Assembly: GCA_040285825.1 (NCBI GenBank)
Contig: JAUPSS010000005.1
Span: forward strand, 1,178,001-1,242,000
Length of the DNA: 64,000 bases
Reading direction: 5' to 3'
Origin: Eukaryota sp. TZLM1-RC
Lineage: Eukaryota; Protista; Metamonada: BaSk clade
A program made the translations under genes and the position numbers. A model generated the notes under the pieces. That model was not told the DNA's origin. It saw only the letters and a list, made by a program, of their open reading frames with translations, and did not search any database. Below are positions 52,809-64,000 of this stretch, piece by piece. Each line of letters begins with the position of its first letter. Positions within the stretch are counted from its first letter, which is position 1.

Positions 52809-53576
52809 ATGAGTCTTCATAAGTGTATAAATTCAAATGAAATTCCAGCACGTGCTCCCAACGCCAATGCTTGCACCTCCAAGCCCATCAATGATTCTGA
52901 CCAAAAGCCCCCAGGCGAAGAGTTAGTCGGAAAGGAAGTCGGTTCAAAGCTTCGTGTTCGGGTTTATAGTAGTTTTGAATGTTACGCACAGCTTATTGTT
53001 TCCAAGGTGAGGAGAGGTTTTAATCAGAATTGGAATAACGTTGACCTTTTCATTAGCCACGACATACATATCAACGATTTTGAGGATTTATGCAACTGTG
53101 ACGTTGTTGTCATCGACACTAACCAAATGACTTGGAATGTTGCTTTTCTCAATCGTATATTTGAATCCACTTGTGGATCATTAAAAGGTTTGGTTTTGTT
53201 TAACTATGTCCCAGCGGATGGTTTTAATCATTCTTGCTTCGAGGATGGTAGTTGTGATTATTATTATCTTCAATCACCAAATGACTTCACCACAATGATT
53301 CCAACACGTGATGATGATCCTTTACTAAGAAATGTAAAGCCCTTCTTATTGAATTGTGGTAGAATCAACACCCAATGTATTAGTGGCACTTTGGTTGCTA
53401 CTATTGAAGATGGTACTCCTTTATTTGCCAAGAATGTTGTCTGTGGACAGAGATTTGTCGAATTTTTGTTTCATTCAAACACTTGGGGCAATGTTCCAAA
53501 TGATGGACCTTTTGAATCCTCATCGGAATGTGATTTATTAATAGCTAATGCTGTTGCCTGGTGTGGTCATGTTTAG
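52809..53576 (+). CDS. Uncharacterised protein with class I glutamine-amidotransferase-like (flavodoxin-fold) domain
   Basis: DVVVID...GLVLF...DGTPLFAKN...LLIANAVAWCG; paralogous to 57100-57727; fold call is tentative. Confidence 0.6.
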   Translation: MSLHKCINSNEIPARAPNANACTSKPINDSDQKPPGEELVGKEVGSKLRVRVYSSFECYAQLIVSKVRRGFNQNWNNVDLFISHDIHINDFEDLCNCDVVVIDTNQMTWNVAFLNRIFESTCGSLKGLVLFNYVPADGFNHSCFEDGSCDYYYLQSPNDFTTMIPTRDDDPLLRNVKPFLLNCGRINTQCISGTLVATIEDGTPLFAKNVVCGQRFVEFLFHSNTWGNVPNDGPFESSSECDLLIANAVAWCGHV

Positions 53577-54039
53577 GTTTAAATATATGGATTTGAATAT
53601 GTTTTTTTTGTTTTTATATGAAGTAACCAATTATTATTATCATTAGTGTATTTTGAATCCCAATAACTTAAAGATTGATTAAATTAATGTTAGATTATGA
53701 AATTAAGCGGAGATCTACTAACAATTGAAGCATTCAGTTGTCTTTCAACAGGTTTATAATCTTACATCATAAAATTATTGAAAGAAGAAAAACATACTTT
53801 GCCAAAAATATATCGGTAGTACAAAAAGCAATAAAGATCATTTAATTATCGAGCAATCATAAATTCCGAATACATACTCAAGACTACAAATTATTATAAA
53901 TTTGAAATATGAAAACAAAACATTTTGGTTGATAATTAGATTGAATTCAGGCAGTAAATTTTTTTTGTTTGATTTGTTTCAAATACAATATGAATTTTCA
54001 ACAATATTTAATTTTATTTTTTGATGGATATTTTCTACG

Positions 54040-56575
54040 AAGAATCAAATAAAAACAAAACAAACTAAAACACATAAAAAACTAAATTCTCCACGCCAAC
54101 TCTTGATGAATCATTATAAAGTTTGGACATCATTAAACTCAAGTACTTGGGAACACTTCTGTACAAAGCGAAAATGATATGATTCTTCCATAAATTCCCT
54201 GCAAAATTCTTACCACTTGATCGACATAAATTACCAAAATCATTGATGAAATTCAAGGCGTATTGTCCAATGTTGCCAAAAATCGAAAAGGCAAAAGGAA
54301 CAAACGAAAACTTCGAGTAAAGATTCTTATTTAAATCATTTAATATCTCAGTATATTTATCTCGCTTACGATCTTCAGCCTTGTTTAAATGACCATTAGT
54401 ACTAAGTAAAACATCATCGCGACAAACAAAAGCAAAGGGATCAACTCTAGTGAAATCAACAACAACTTGAGAGGAATCCACAAAAGGGGCAATTAAATCA
54501 CCTCGACGTGAATTAAACAGATTATCATCATTATAATGCTTCCACAAAGGTTCTACTTTGCAACTAAAATTGTAACACTTGAACATCTCATATGTCACAT
54601 CACGAACGGCATTATGAAGAACTGACCTATATTGGAGAAATTTCTTACAACTCACAATATGACGGAAATTGGCAGTAGGTTTTTTGTTACAAATACAATA
54701 AGAATTGTCCAAAAGACCACTTGGATACATCCCTAATCTCAACCGCATGTTTTGTTTCCAAGCTTCATTTGTTAAGTGAAGACCAAATGGCCTTGGTTGC
54801 TGAGATATTAAATTAGTACAGTTCTGAATGTCTGATAAAAAGGCAGCAAAGACGGGATTATTAATCTTAGTCACACTAAGTCGTTTAGAAAAATCCAGGT
54901 CTTCAAAACCAATAAGAACAGACTTCTGTAATTTCACAATAGCAAGATGAAGGTTGGTGAAAGATCTCGAAGGCACAGCAGGCAAACTTGAAGGAAAACT
55001 CCTATTCCAAACATCAACAGGTAGTTCCTGCACCATGTTTTCAAGAGAAATTAATAAAGGATGTGATACATTCAAAGGAATATGATCAAAACGAAGTTTC
55101 CACGCAAAAAGAAAATTTTTCATACCACCAATAAAAGCAGAGCACTGTTACAATTAGGAATAGAGTATGAAAATCGCGCGCTTAAAAGATTTGATGATGT
55201 TGATGCGTGTATTGAGGATATTGAGTTCTAGTTTTTTGTTTAATGTTTTGTTAGCGTTGAAAATAAATTTATCCTATAACAAAAAAAAATAAAAGCACTT
55301 TTGCATAAATACTCTGCTTTTGAAAAACCAACTCCACCAAATTGAGGACTAAAAAATGCATGATAAAGAATTTTAGATGGACAAACTTCTAATAAATTTC
55401 CTAAGTAATTTGTTCTCAAAGTATTAAATTGACGTGCAAAATCATGAGAAATTGTGGGAGATACAGAAAGAAGAAGATGATTAATTTTTGATCCAAAACA
55501 CACATTTAGGACCGAAAACGCTAAATGTTTGTCAATTTCTAGATCTTGAATAGCCAAAAGTTGCTCTTCGATTTTTTTCCAAAATACCTGACAAAATCGA
55601 TTTAATTGTTTCACAATTTCCAAAATAAGAGCCAAGAAACTGAATAGCATCTTCCTCGTAATAAACGTATTTGATAAAAGTTTCATTAAATGCCACCTCC
55701 ACATTCTGATTACCAATAATGAAACACTTGGGCAATTTAATATCTAACCCTATTTATTTGAACAGAAAAACAAAATGTTGTAACCCGTATTGTGAAAGAG
55801 ACAAAGGGCCAATAAGTGATAAATCATCTGCATAAGCACATATATGAATGTCAGGAAAATCCGACTTAAATTTTACCAAAACTGATTGCAGTGCTAAGCA
55901 AAAGAAAAATGGACCCAATGGATCCCCTTGTTTGACGCCTCTTGACGAAACAATATTCTCAGAATGAAAAATTAAGTTAGAGGGTGATCCATACATCAAT
56001 TTAAAATACGGCAAAAGTGGAGGATAATGTAGTTCAAGTTCTTGCAAAATACTGCAGCGAAAAACCGAGTTGAAAGCATTTTTAAAATCAATGTTCAATA
56101 AATAATTTTCGATTGAAAATTTTTGATTGAAAAGTAAATCTGTACACAACACAGCACTAGTTGTGCCATCAGGAATTCCGATAGCAAATTGATAAGGACG
56201 AAAAAAATAAATTGCGGATGACTTAACTCTTTTAAAACAAATAATTGCCAATAATCTCTTTAAAGACTCACCAACAGCAATAGGTCTGACACCACCTCCA
56301 GGCTTAATTAAAGCAACTAAACGAGATGACGTTAACGCTTGTGGTAACTTGAAACGTCCCATGATAACACTATTAAAAAAGAAAGCTAAATCATCCACGA
56401 TTTCTGGACATATGTTGACGGTCGACTTCAAATAATCATAACTAAGTCCAGAAGGCCCAGGAGAACGACCAGACGGAACTCCTTTAATAGCTACACTAAT
56501 TTCAACACAAGTAACAAAATTGATAGGATTAGTAGTGCAGAAATCACGTTCATTATTACGATGTGATTTATGATA
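54040..56575 (-). mobile_element. 5'-truncated family E non-LTR retrotransposon (RT + RLE), frameshifted, with nested insertion
   Basis: GRSPGPSG, GVRPIAVGE, IDFKNAFNS, GVKQGDPLGP, YADD; RLE ORF 54065-55123. Confidence 0.93.
55140..55287 (+). mobile_element. Family D 3' end with poly(A), nested in family E
   Basis: Nearly identical to 41465-41560; A-run 55281-55287; TSD aataaaagca at 55130-55139 and 55288-55297; host rejoins as CKSAFIGGMKNF. Confidence 0.92.
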
Positions 56576-57727
56576 CTCACCCCCCCCCCAATCCCATCGA
56601 TGAGTCCAATCAAAACTCAACAGAGACTCGTGTTTGTAACAACTGCACCAAATCAGAAGCCACTCTCTTCTGTATTCAATGCGATGGTTATCTCTGTACG
56701 CAATGCTCTCAGGAACTGCATCTTAATCCAATTTTGCAATACCATACCCCTCTCGAAATCCCAGCCTCTCGTACTACCTTTAAATGTTCTCGTTCAACAA
56801 GAATGAATCTTTCATACAATTGTGAAGAAGATTTAATGAGCATTACTTATCAAATTCATTTTAATCATTTAGATGAGCAAAAGTTCATGAATATTGTAAA
56901 TTTTGGAATTATTCACTCATTTCCGGAGTTAATTGCCAAAGTTATTGACAATTACCACTTTCAGCCACCACCAAAAGTCGTTAAAATTCCTGTCGATATC
57001 CTGCTTAAGTTGGCGCTTAATGATGTTGATGATACAACAGAACGATGGTTGGAAAACGTAGTAAGAATTAGTTGTACCTGTGACAATTTTGCACATGTTT
57101 CCAAAAAGTTATTGGGAAAGGAAGTTCAAAAACAAGTTTCAGTTGCAGTTAGTTGCCAGCGCTTGTCTGATCTTGATAGCAAACTGAAGGAAGGACAGGA
57201 GAAGAATTGGAATGATGTTGTGTTTAAAATTACGAAAAATCCCCAGGTCCGCAATCGTGAAGACTTAAACCCTTATGATGTTGTTGTTGTGGAATCATGG
57301 AAATCTAATCTTCCAGGAACTCTTCTTAATGAAATACTTGAATCAGAAAAAGGTTTGGTTTTTTTCCATTCCAATCCAATAGTTCGTTTCAAGTACTCTT
57401 GTTTTTGAAAAAATAATTGGTCGTACTTTCGAAAATTATACAGAAATGGTTCGAGTAGATGATTCTGATTCTTTACTATATAATGTTAAAACTTTTTTTT
57501 ATAGAGATGGTATTAAAAATACCCAATGTACAAGTGGAAAATTGGTTGCTGCCATTGCCGATGGTACTCCTTTAATTGCCAAGAATGCTGTTGGTAGTGG
57601 TAGGTTAGTTGAATTTGGGTGTTATTCGTCTTCGTGTGGTGCAGAGGCTTCATATGGCTGGGATGCATCAACTGATGGTCATTTATTAATAGCTAATGCC
57701 GTTGCTTGGTGTGGTTTTTGTGTTTAG
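56576..57727 (+). pseudogene. B-box zinc finger + GATase-I-like domain gene; disrupted near 57405-57445 and 5' end abutting a retroelement
   Basis: CNNCTKSEATLFCIQCDGYLCTQCSQELH...H B-box; C-terminal half paralogous to 52809-53576 and split over two ORFs. Confidence 0.7.
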
Positions 57728-58192
57728 GTCAAATAAATTGATTTTTATTAATGTTTTCAGTTGTTTTCAGTGTATTAAATAGCGAGTTTACTTATTAGTT
57801 TTATTGCATTTTGGTTCAATGAATTTTGTCAAATTGTAAGTTGATTAAATCAAGTGTTGTGGTTCAATAACAAAGCATTTTGATTCTTCTAATTAAACGA
57901 TATTGAACTTCAACAATGTCAATACTGATTTTCTGAATCCAGTCTGATTTCTAGATGAAATAAGTTCCAAAGAAAGAACTATTTATTAAAAGAAACGTTT
58001 TAGTTGGTTATTGCATCGGAATTTCAGGTCTTTCAAGAATAAGAGAAGTTTAATGCTGTAGATCAAAAGGGAAGGAAATCAAACATTACATCAAAATTCT
58101 CAATTCAATGACTCATTGTGGTGACGGTATTTGCTGAGACAGTAGGATGAAAGAGGAATTGAATTTAATACAATAATCAAATTAAATTTTAT

Positions 58193-59117
58193 TTACCCTG
58201 AAACAAAACTCTTGACTCTTTTTCTAGAATTATTATTAATATAAAACCAAGATTGAATCCAACTAAGTAATTCCAAATCATCATCAGATTTTCTAATTTT
58301 TTCGTAAATAAAATCTAAGAATTGTTTCTTTAAATAAAAAGACAATATTTTTAAATCATGTTTCGAATTATGAAAATCAAATACATTTAAATCATAAATA
58401 TGGAGCAATTCTGAGGGTAAATTGAAATAATTAAGGTTAAAATCACTTGACGGTAAAAAGATTGATACAATTATAATTAAAGAGACCAAAATTATTTACC
58501 AAATTATTATTAATTTTGGAAACAAAGTCAGAAAAATCAATTAATTCTTGGTTTTTTGACTTAATTAATTTGAGAAGTTTTATTTTAAACAATATTTCTG
58601 ATTTAGTTTCACTTTTCATATTGATAACAGCATTTTTAATTTCAACTAAGCTATTAAAGATTTGCAACCCTGCCTGTTCAAGTCTAATTAAAGGCATAGA
58701 TTCTTGACAAGAAGCTTCTAATGACCTGATAAAGGATAAACTTGCTGAATTTCTAGTTTGCAAAGCCCTTACCTGGGTTAGTCTAGAGTTGGGGTAAGAG
58801 TTAGGGTTGGGATTGGGATTAAGGTTAGAGTTAGAGTTAGGGTTAAGGTTAGCTTTTGGTTTTGGTTTTGGTTTTGAAATGGGACGGCGAGTGCTTAGAG
58901 ACTTTCTTCTAGGCTTATCTGGCTTTGGGTGGATCTTCACAGAGTTGATAATGTTGTGTAGCTCTTCGTTGGTTATGAGAGAGGGCGTATGATGATCTGC
59001 GACAGAAGCTGAATAGGAAGTACCGCAAGCAAGAATGGTGGAATGGACAAAGGAAAGAACTTGTGTGATGTAGTCGAGGTGATCACAACATCGTCGTAGT
59101 GTAGGAAGGTGTTCCAT
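58193..59117 (-). CDS. Hypothetical protein (two overlapping ORFs; frameshift or unresolved intron)
   Basis: 224-aa ORF with (KP)n/(NP)n tract plus overlapping 98-aa ORF; no clean in-frame splice found. Confidence 0.4.
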
Positions 59118-59904
59118 TGATAATGGATTAAGATGTTTTGAATCTCGATTGTCAAAGATCTATCTTATTCACTGACTTTGGGTGAAAATCAACTTCATTG
59201 AGAAGCGGGTATTGAAATCACCAGCTTAGTGCGGCCGGCTGGGGCGGACTGAACTGTTCTTACATGGAAGACAATCTTCAAAAATTGTTGAGTTGGTTAT
59301 AATAAATTTAAATTCTAGATAAAGAAAAACTAAGAAACATACCTTAATGTTCAGTCTTATCCCAGCCTGATAAACACTTTCAAGAAAAAGCTGAAATTGA
59401 AATAAGAAAAGCTTCTTTTGGGAAATTTTCTGAATCTTTGGCAATTAATTGTTTTGATATAGGGGAGGCAGGTTTTGAGGATGTGGAGTTTATATTATGT
59501 ATTTCATATTTGTTGTTGAGTAAAAATAAAATGAATGGCAAATAACATATCAGAACTCATAAATAAATTAGTTATCACTATAATGCATCGACTTTGAACA
59601 AAACAATAAATGATTCAACATCACCTTAATAGTAGAACCTCATCAGTGGATATTACATTATATAATAGCTGAGGTCATCAAGTCAAAAATATGTACAATA
59701 CATATTCAATAAACTTTGATTTCAAACATCAAAAAATGACCTAGGTTTTGGTTAAGTGCAGTCAGACTGAGACTTAATCTGATTTTAATCTACTAGAGAA
59801 AACAACAGTGCTGAGAAAACACAACTAAAATACATCGGACGGTCAATGATATTGATTCACCCCAATCAAAATTTGATTTTCAATTATTAAAACAAAAGAA
59901 TTAA

Positions 59905-62005
59905 TCGTTTTCAAGAATTCTTGCGTCTCTTGTTTTCAATAGAATTGGGAAAAAAGCCAAGGAATTTTTCAGTCCATTTCAATTTGGAATCAAGACAATT
60001 GATGGTGCTCCTTCTGCTGCTCCTTCGTCGGATGTGTTTTTTAATTCTAGAGATTCTAATTACATCTTCAATTTAGATTTTAAGAATGCTTTCAATTCTG
60101 TATCTCGTTCTTCCATTTTACCTTTGCTGCGAAAGTATTTTCCTGAAGTTGAGCCTTTTTTCTATTCATTTTAAGGAAAATCATCAACATTGGTCTATGA
60201 AAACATTGACCTGCTTTCTTCTTCAGGTGTTAAACAGGGCGATACACTTGGTACTTTTTTCTTTTGTCTGGCAATTCATCCATTAATGTGCGAATTGAAA
60301 GAAAAATTCCCAGAAATAGATATTGTAGCATATATGGATGACATTTCTGTAATTGCTCCTATTGCAATTCTGAAACAAATAGCAACTTTTATTCAACAAC
60401 GTTATGAAGATATTGGACTCTCATTGAATATCTCCAAATGTTTGATTATTGGCCATGAACCAATTGATTTTTTCATTAATGATGTCAATGTCCCCTTTAT
60501 CAATTATGATCAGTCTGGTTTTCGTTTTTTGGGTTGTTATCTCGGAAATATTGATGAAGTCAAAGGCCAACTTTCGACTCTGTTGACTCAATTTGGAAAT
60601 GAATTAGAATCAATAGAAAATTTAGATATTGAGAAACATTTGAAATACTTTTTCCTAAAAATCTGTTATTCTGGAAAATTTACTCATATTTTGAGATCAA
60701 CATCACCATCAATTTCTTTGGAGTTTTTTCGCATTTTTAATGAACAAAGAACCAATTTTTTAGCAAAATTATTGGAAATTGATGCATCTCAGTTACGAAG
60801 CCACATTTTTGTGGTACAAATTTTGGTGGTGTTGATTTTCATAAATCAAGCTACCTTTGTAAAGCTGCCTTTATTGGAGGTGGAAAGAATTTTATTTATG
60901 AATTTGTGAATCGTTTTCCTGAAAAAATTCATCTCATTGAAAATTGTGACAGCTCTTATCTTATTTCTTTGCAACAGGAAATTGAAACTCTTTCACCCAA
61001 TATTTGGGCTAAATGTTTCCCCTCTGATATTGTGGAACTTCCTCCAAGAAGCTTGCTCTTCCTACCACTGACTTTTGCAAAATTGCAGAAAAAAATCTTG
61101 AAAGTTTTAGAAAACTTGAATTATATTGTACGTCTTAGCTTGACTAAGGAAAAAAATCCCGTTTTTGCAAACTTTTTGATTGATCTTGAAGACAGTTGTT
61201 CAAGTTGCCTAATTTCCCAAATTCCCAACATTTATGGCCTTCTACTTAATGATCACCAATGGACCACTGCAATGAGAATGAGGTGTTTTCTATGGCCTTG
61301 TTCATTACCAAATGATTTAATTTGTCGCTGCAAGAGTGTTGTTACGCTTTCCCATATTTGAAACTGTAAGTATTTTATAACATATCGCTCAATTGTTCAT
61401 GACTCAGTTCGTGATCAATTATATGCCATGTGCAAAAGTTTCAACATAGAGGCATTTATTGAGCCACTAGTACGTAAGCTGTCTTCAGATCAAACTGATG
61501 ATTCCTTTGGTAAAAGAAGGGCAGATTTAGTAGCTCCAGGGATCGATGGTGTTCTCAATGTTGTGGATGTTGTCTCAGTTGATGTTTGCAAAAATTCTGC
61601 TGTTCGTTTAGTGTATTCCGCTGATTTGCCGTTATCTAACGCCGGAAAAAAGAAGATAAAAAATATGAAGAACCTTTGGCACAGTTAGGTAAAGTCGAAC
61701 ACGTCAAATATCAGTTTGTGCCGTTTGCAATTTCTCTTTTTGGCAATATTGGACCTTCAGGGTTACACTTTTGTGAAAATTTCAAAAAAATGTTACTGAA
61801 TAGATCTGGTGAAGACAATGAACTCCACTTTCTGGTTAAATAGAATTGTCTTTTGCATTTTCAAGTCTATTCCAACAATGATTTCAAAGGCACTTTTAGC
61901 TATTGGTGTAGAATATGAACCTAATGCTGTGAGTACGTTTAGTAATAGTGAAGCTTGTTTGGAGGATATTGAATTCTAGATGGGTTTTTTATCTCAATAA
62001 ATATT
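59905..62005 (+). mobile_element. 5'-truncated, frameshifted family D-like non-LTR retrotransposon
   Basis: LDFKNAFNS, GVKQGDTLG, YMDD, CRC..H, HDSVRDQL, RRADL; ends LEDIEF* then aataaa. Confidence 0.9.
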
Positions 62006-62492
62006 CCAGTTTAAGAAAAGAATGAATTATTAAATCTTCTGCGATGAATGTCAAATTTTCCACAAATTTTCACACCTTGGCAGATGAATTGATGCAGGAA
62101 TAGGGAAAATGCTGAGGAAAAGCTACTATAGTGGTACCACAAGGACGAATGCAACTACTGATCATATGATTACTTACGAGTTTATGGATTCAATTCTTTA
62201 TGCATACGAAGTGAAAACTGCGAGATTTTAAAATCACTTATTCGTTCAATGGGTGAAATGATTTAACACAATTCACGATGAAATAGAATGCGAATACCCA
62301 AATCAATGACTTCATTGATGTAGTTTCTCGGTTTCTAATAACTTTCATTTGTTATCTTTAAAGCATTTGTTATCTTGGAGTGAAACCATCTTATGAATGT
62401 CGGTTCCAAGGTTATGATCGCATATAGTGAGAAAAGGTGACAGAATTGTGGAAGTATGTGAGTCAAACAAAATCCTCCATTCTAGTGAAATT

Positions 62493-62540
62493 ATATTTAT
62501 TGAACTTGCACACTTAGATAAATTAATTCACAACTAATAA
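62493..62540 (-). mobile_element. Tiny family A 3'-terminal fragment
   Basis: atttattgaacttgcacactt...aactaat matches 13891-13935. Confidence 0.6.
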
Positions 62541-64000
62541 CCTCCATGATGGAGTTAGACCAATTGCTATTGGAGAGTCATTAACCAGATTGCTTTCTTC
62601 GCTTATTTTTAACAGAATTTCTACTAAAGCAAGGGACTATTTGAAGCCTTTCCAATTTGGTATAAAAACCATTGAAGGTGCTTCTGTTGCTTCAATGACT
62701 TCAGATGTTTTTTTCAATAGTCAACATCATCAATATATTTTCAATTTGGATTTCAAAAATGCTTTCAATTCTGTGAAACGTGATTGTATTTTTGATGTGC
62801 TTCTTCATGATTTTCCTGAACTTTCTGCATATTTTTATTTATTTTATGGAAAAAAATCAGACTTAGTTTTTGACTCCTTTACCCTTGAATCTTCTTCTGG
62901 TGTGAAACAAGGTGATCCTCTTGGCCCTTTGCTGTTTTGTTTGGCTATTCATAATATTATTAAAATGACACAACAAGATTTCCCTGATTTGCGTATTGTT
63001 GCCTATATGGATGACATTTCTATTATTGGCTCTTTTGAAAGCATTTCTAGGGTCTCTGAAGACATTGCGGCGAAATACAAAGAAATTGGTTTAGCTTCGA
63101 ACCCATCTAAATGTCTCTTGATTGGTAGAGAAAAACAATCTTTGATAATTGGAGGAGCTCAGATTCCTTTTATCAATTATAACCAACAAGCTTTTAAGTT
63201 TCTTGGATGTTGGCTTGACAATTTCGATGAAATTTATTCCCATTTAAACAATTTTTTGGAGAAGTTTGACAAGGATCTTAGTTTTATTGCTGAATGTGAC
63301 ATTGAGAAACACATCAAATTTTTTATTTTAAAAATTTGTTATTCTGGAAAATTCACTCATATTTTAAGGTCAACTCCCCCATCGGTATCTCTCAATTTTT
63401 GCAGATCTTTTAACAAACTTCGAGTCAAATTTTTTCTTCTTTATTAGAAGTAAATTAATCTTTAATTCGAAGTCATGTATTTTGTTTAGCAGATTTGGGT
63501 GGAATTGGATTCACCAAATCTTCGATTCTGTGTTAAGCAGCATTTTTGGGAGGTGGTAAAAATTTTGTTTTTGAATTTTTCCAAAGGTTCCCTTTTGATG
63601 TTCATCTGATCAATGGTGAATCAAATTTTTACTTGAATCAACTGCAATTTGAATTAGAAAATTTGCCTAGTGATATCTGGATTCAGTGTTTTCCTCAAAA
63701 TGTTCCAGAAATTCCCACCCGATCACTTCCAAATTTATGTTTTTGCCTGAAAAAGCTTCAGCACCATCTGGTTAAATTATATGAAGGCTTGGATTATGAA
63801 GTAAGACTTGGCTTGGCCAAAACTAAAAATCCCGCTTTCGGTAATTTTTTAAAGGATATTCGTGATAGTTCAGCTGCTGCTGTAGTAACTCAAGTTCCCT
63901 CTGTTGATGGGCTTTTGTTAAAAAACAATGAATGGCTTCTTAACATGCGTTTTCGTTGTTTTCTGTGGCCAAACAATTTTCCCAATCATTTAACTTGTAA
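62541..64000 (+). mobile_element. Non-LTR retrotransposon RT and post-RT region, runs off the window end
   Basis: GVRPIAIGE, LDFKNAFNS, GVKQGDPLGPLLF, YMDD, GGIGF, GGGKNFVFEF. Confidence 0.93.

Noticed and set aside
48107-55090. Inversion between the two oppositely oriented family E copies as the cause of the missing Fanzor N-terminus
   Set aside because: No Fanzor-like translation or swapped TSD seen at 53600-54040
58785-58875. TTAGGG-like tract suggesting an interstitial telomere (also 45780-45880)
   Set aside because: Degenerate and explained by (Asn-Pro)n/(Lys-Pro)n codons in minus-strand ORFs
59250-59280. CTTACATGG resembling the U1 snRNA 5' end
   Set aside because: No downstream U1 stem-loop I/II or Sm site

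Overview
AT-rich, gene-compact DNA from a unicellular eukaryote (standard code, short GT-AG introns); the taxon cannot be fixed from sequence alone. Host genes: a NAK-family kinase with NPF repeats and a C-terminal ANTH-like domain; an intron-split MYCBP/AMY-1 gene missed by the ORF track; zeta-COP; CDP-DAG synthase; a ~5,400-aa type I membrane protein (RCC1 repeats plus 17 units of ~176 aa); a Zn-finger/coiled-coil protein ending in an apparently catalytically dead bacterial-type tyrosine-recombinase domain; a spliced coiled-coil gene; a UBA-UBX protein; and two paralogues with a GATase-I-like domain. About a third of the window is decayed mobile DNA: at least five families of RT + restriction-like-endonuclease (CRE/R2-type) non-LTR retrotransposons, several nested with clear target-site duplications, and three divergent remnants of Fanzor (eukaryotic TnpB-like RNA-guided nuclease). 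One Fanzor is almost fully reconstructable and carries a candidate omega-RNA abutting a host start codon. Best novelty candidates are the Fanzor/omega-RNA locus and the dead-integrase host protein. All family calls come from manual motif recognition, not database searches.
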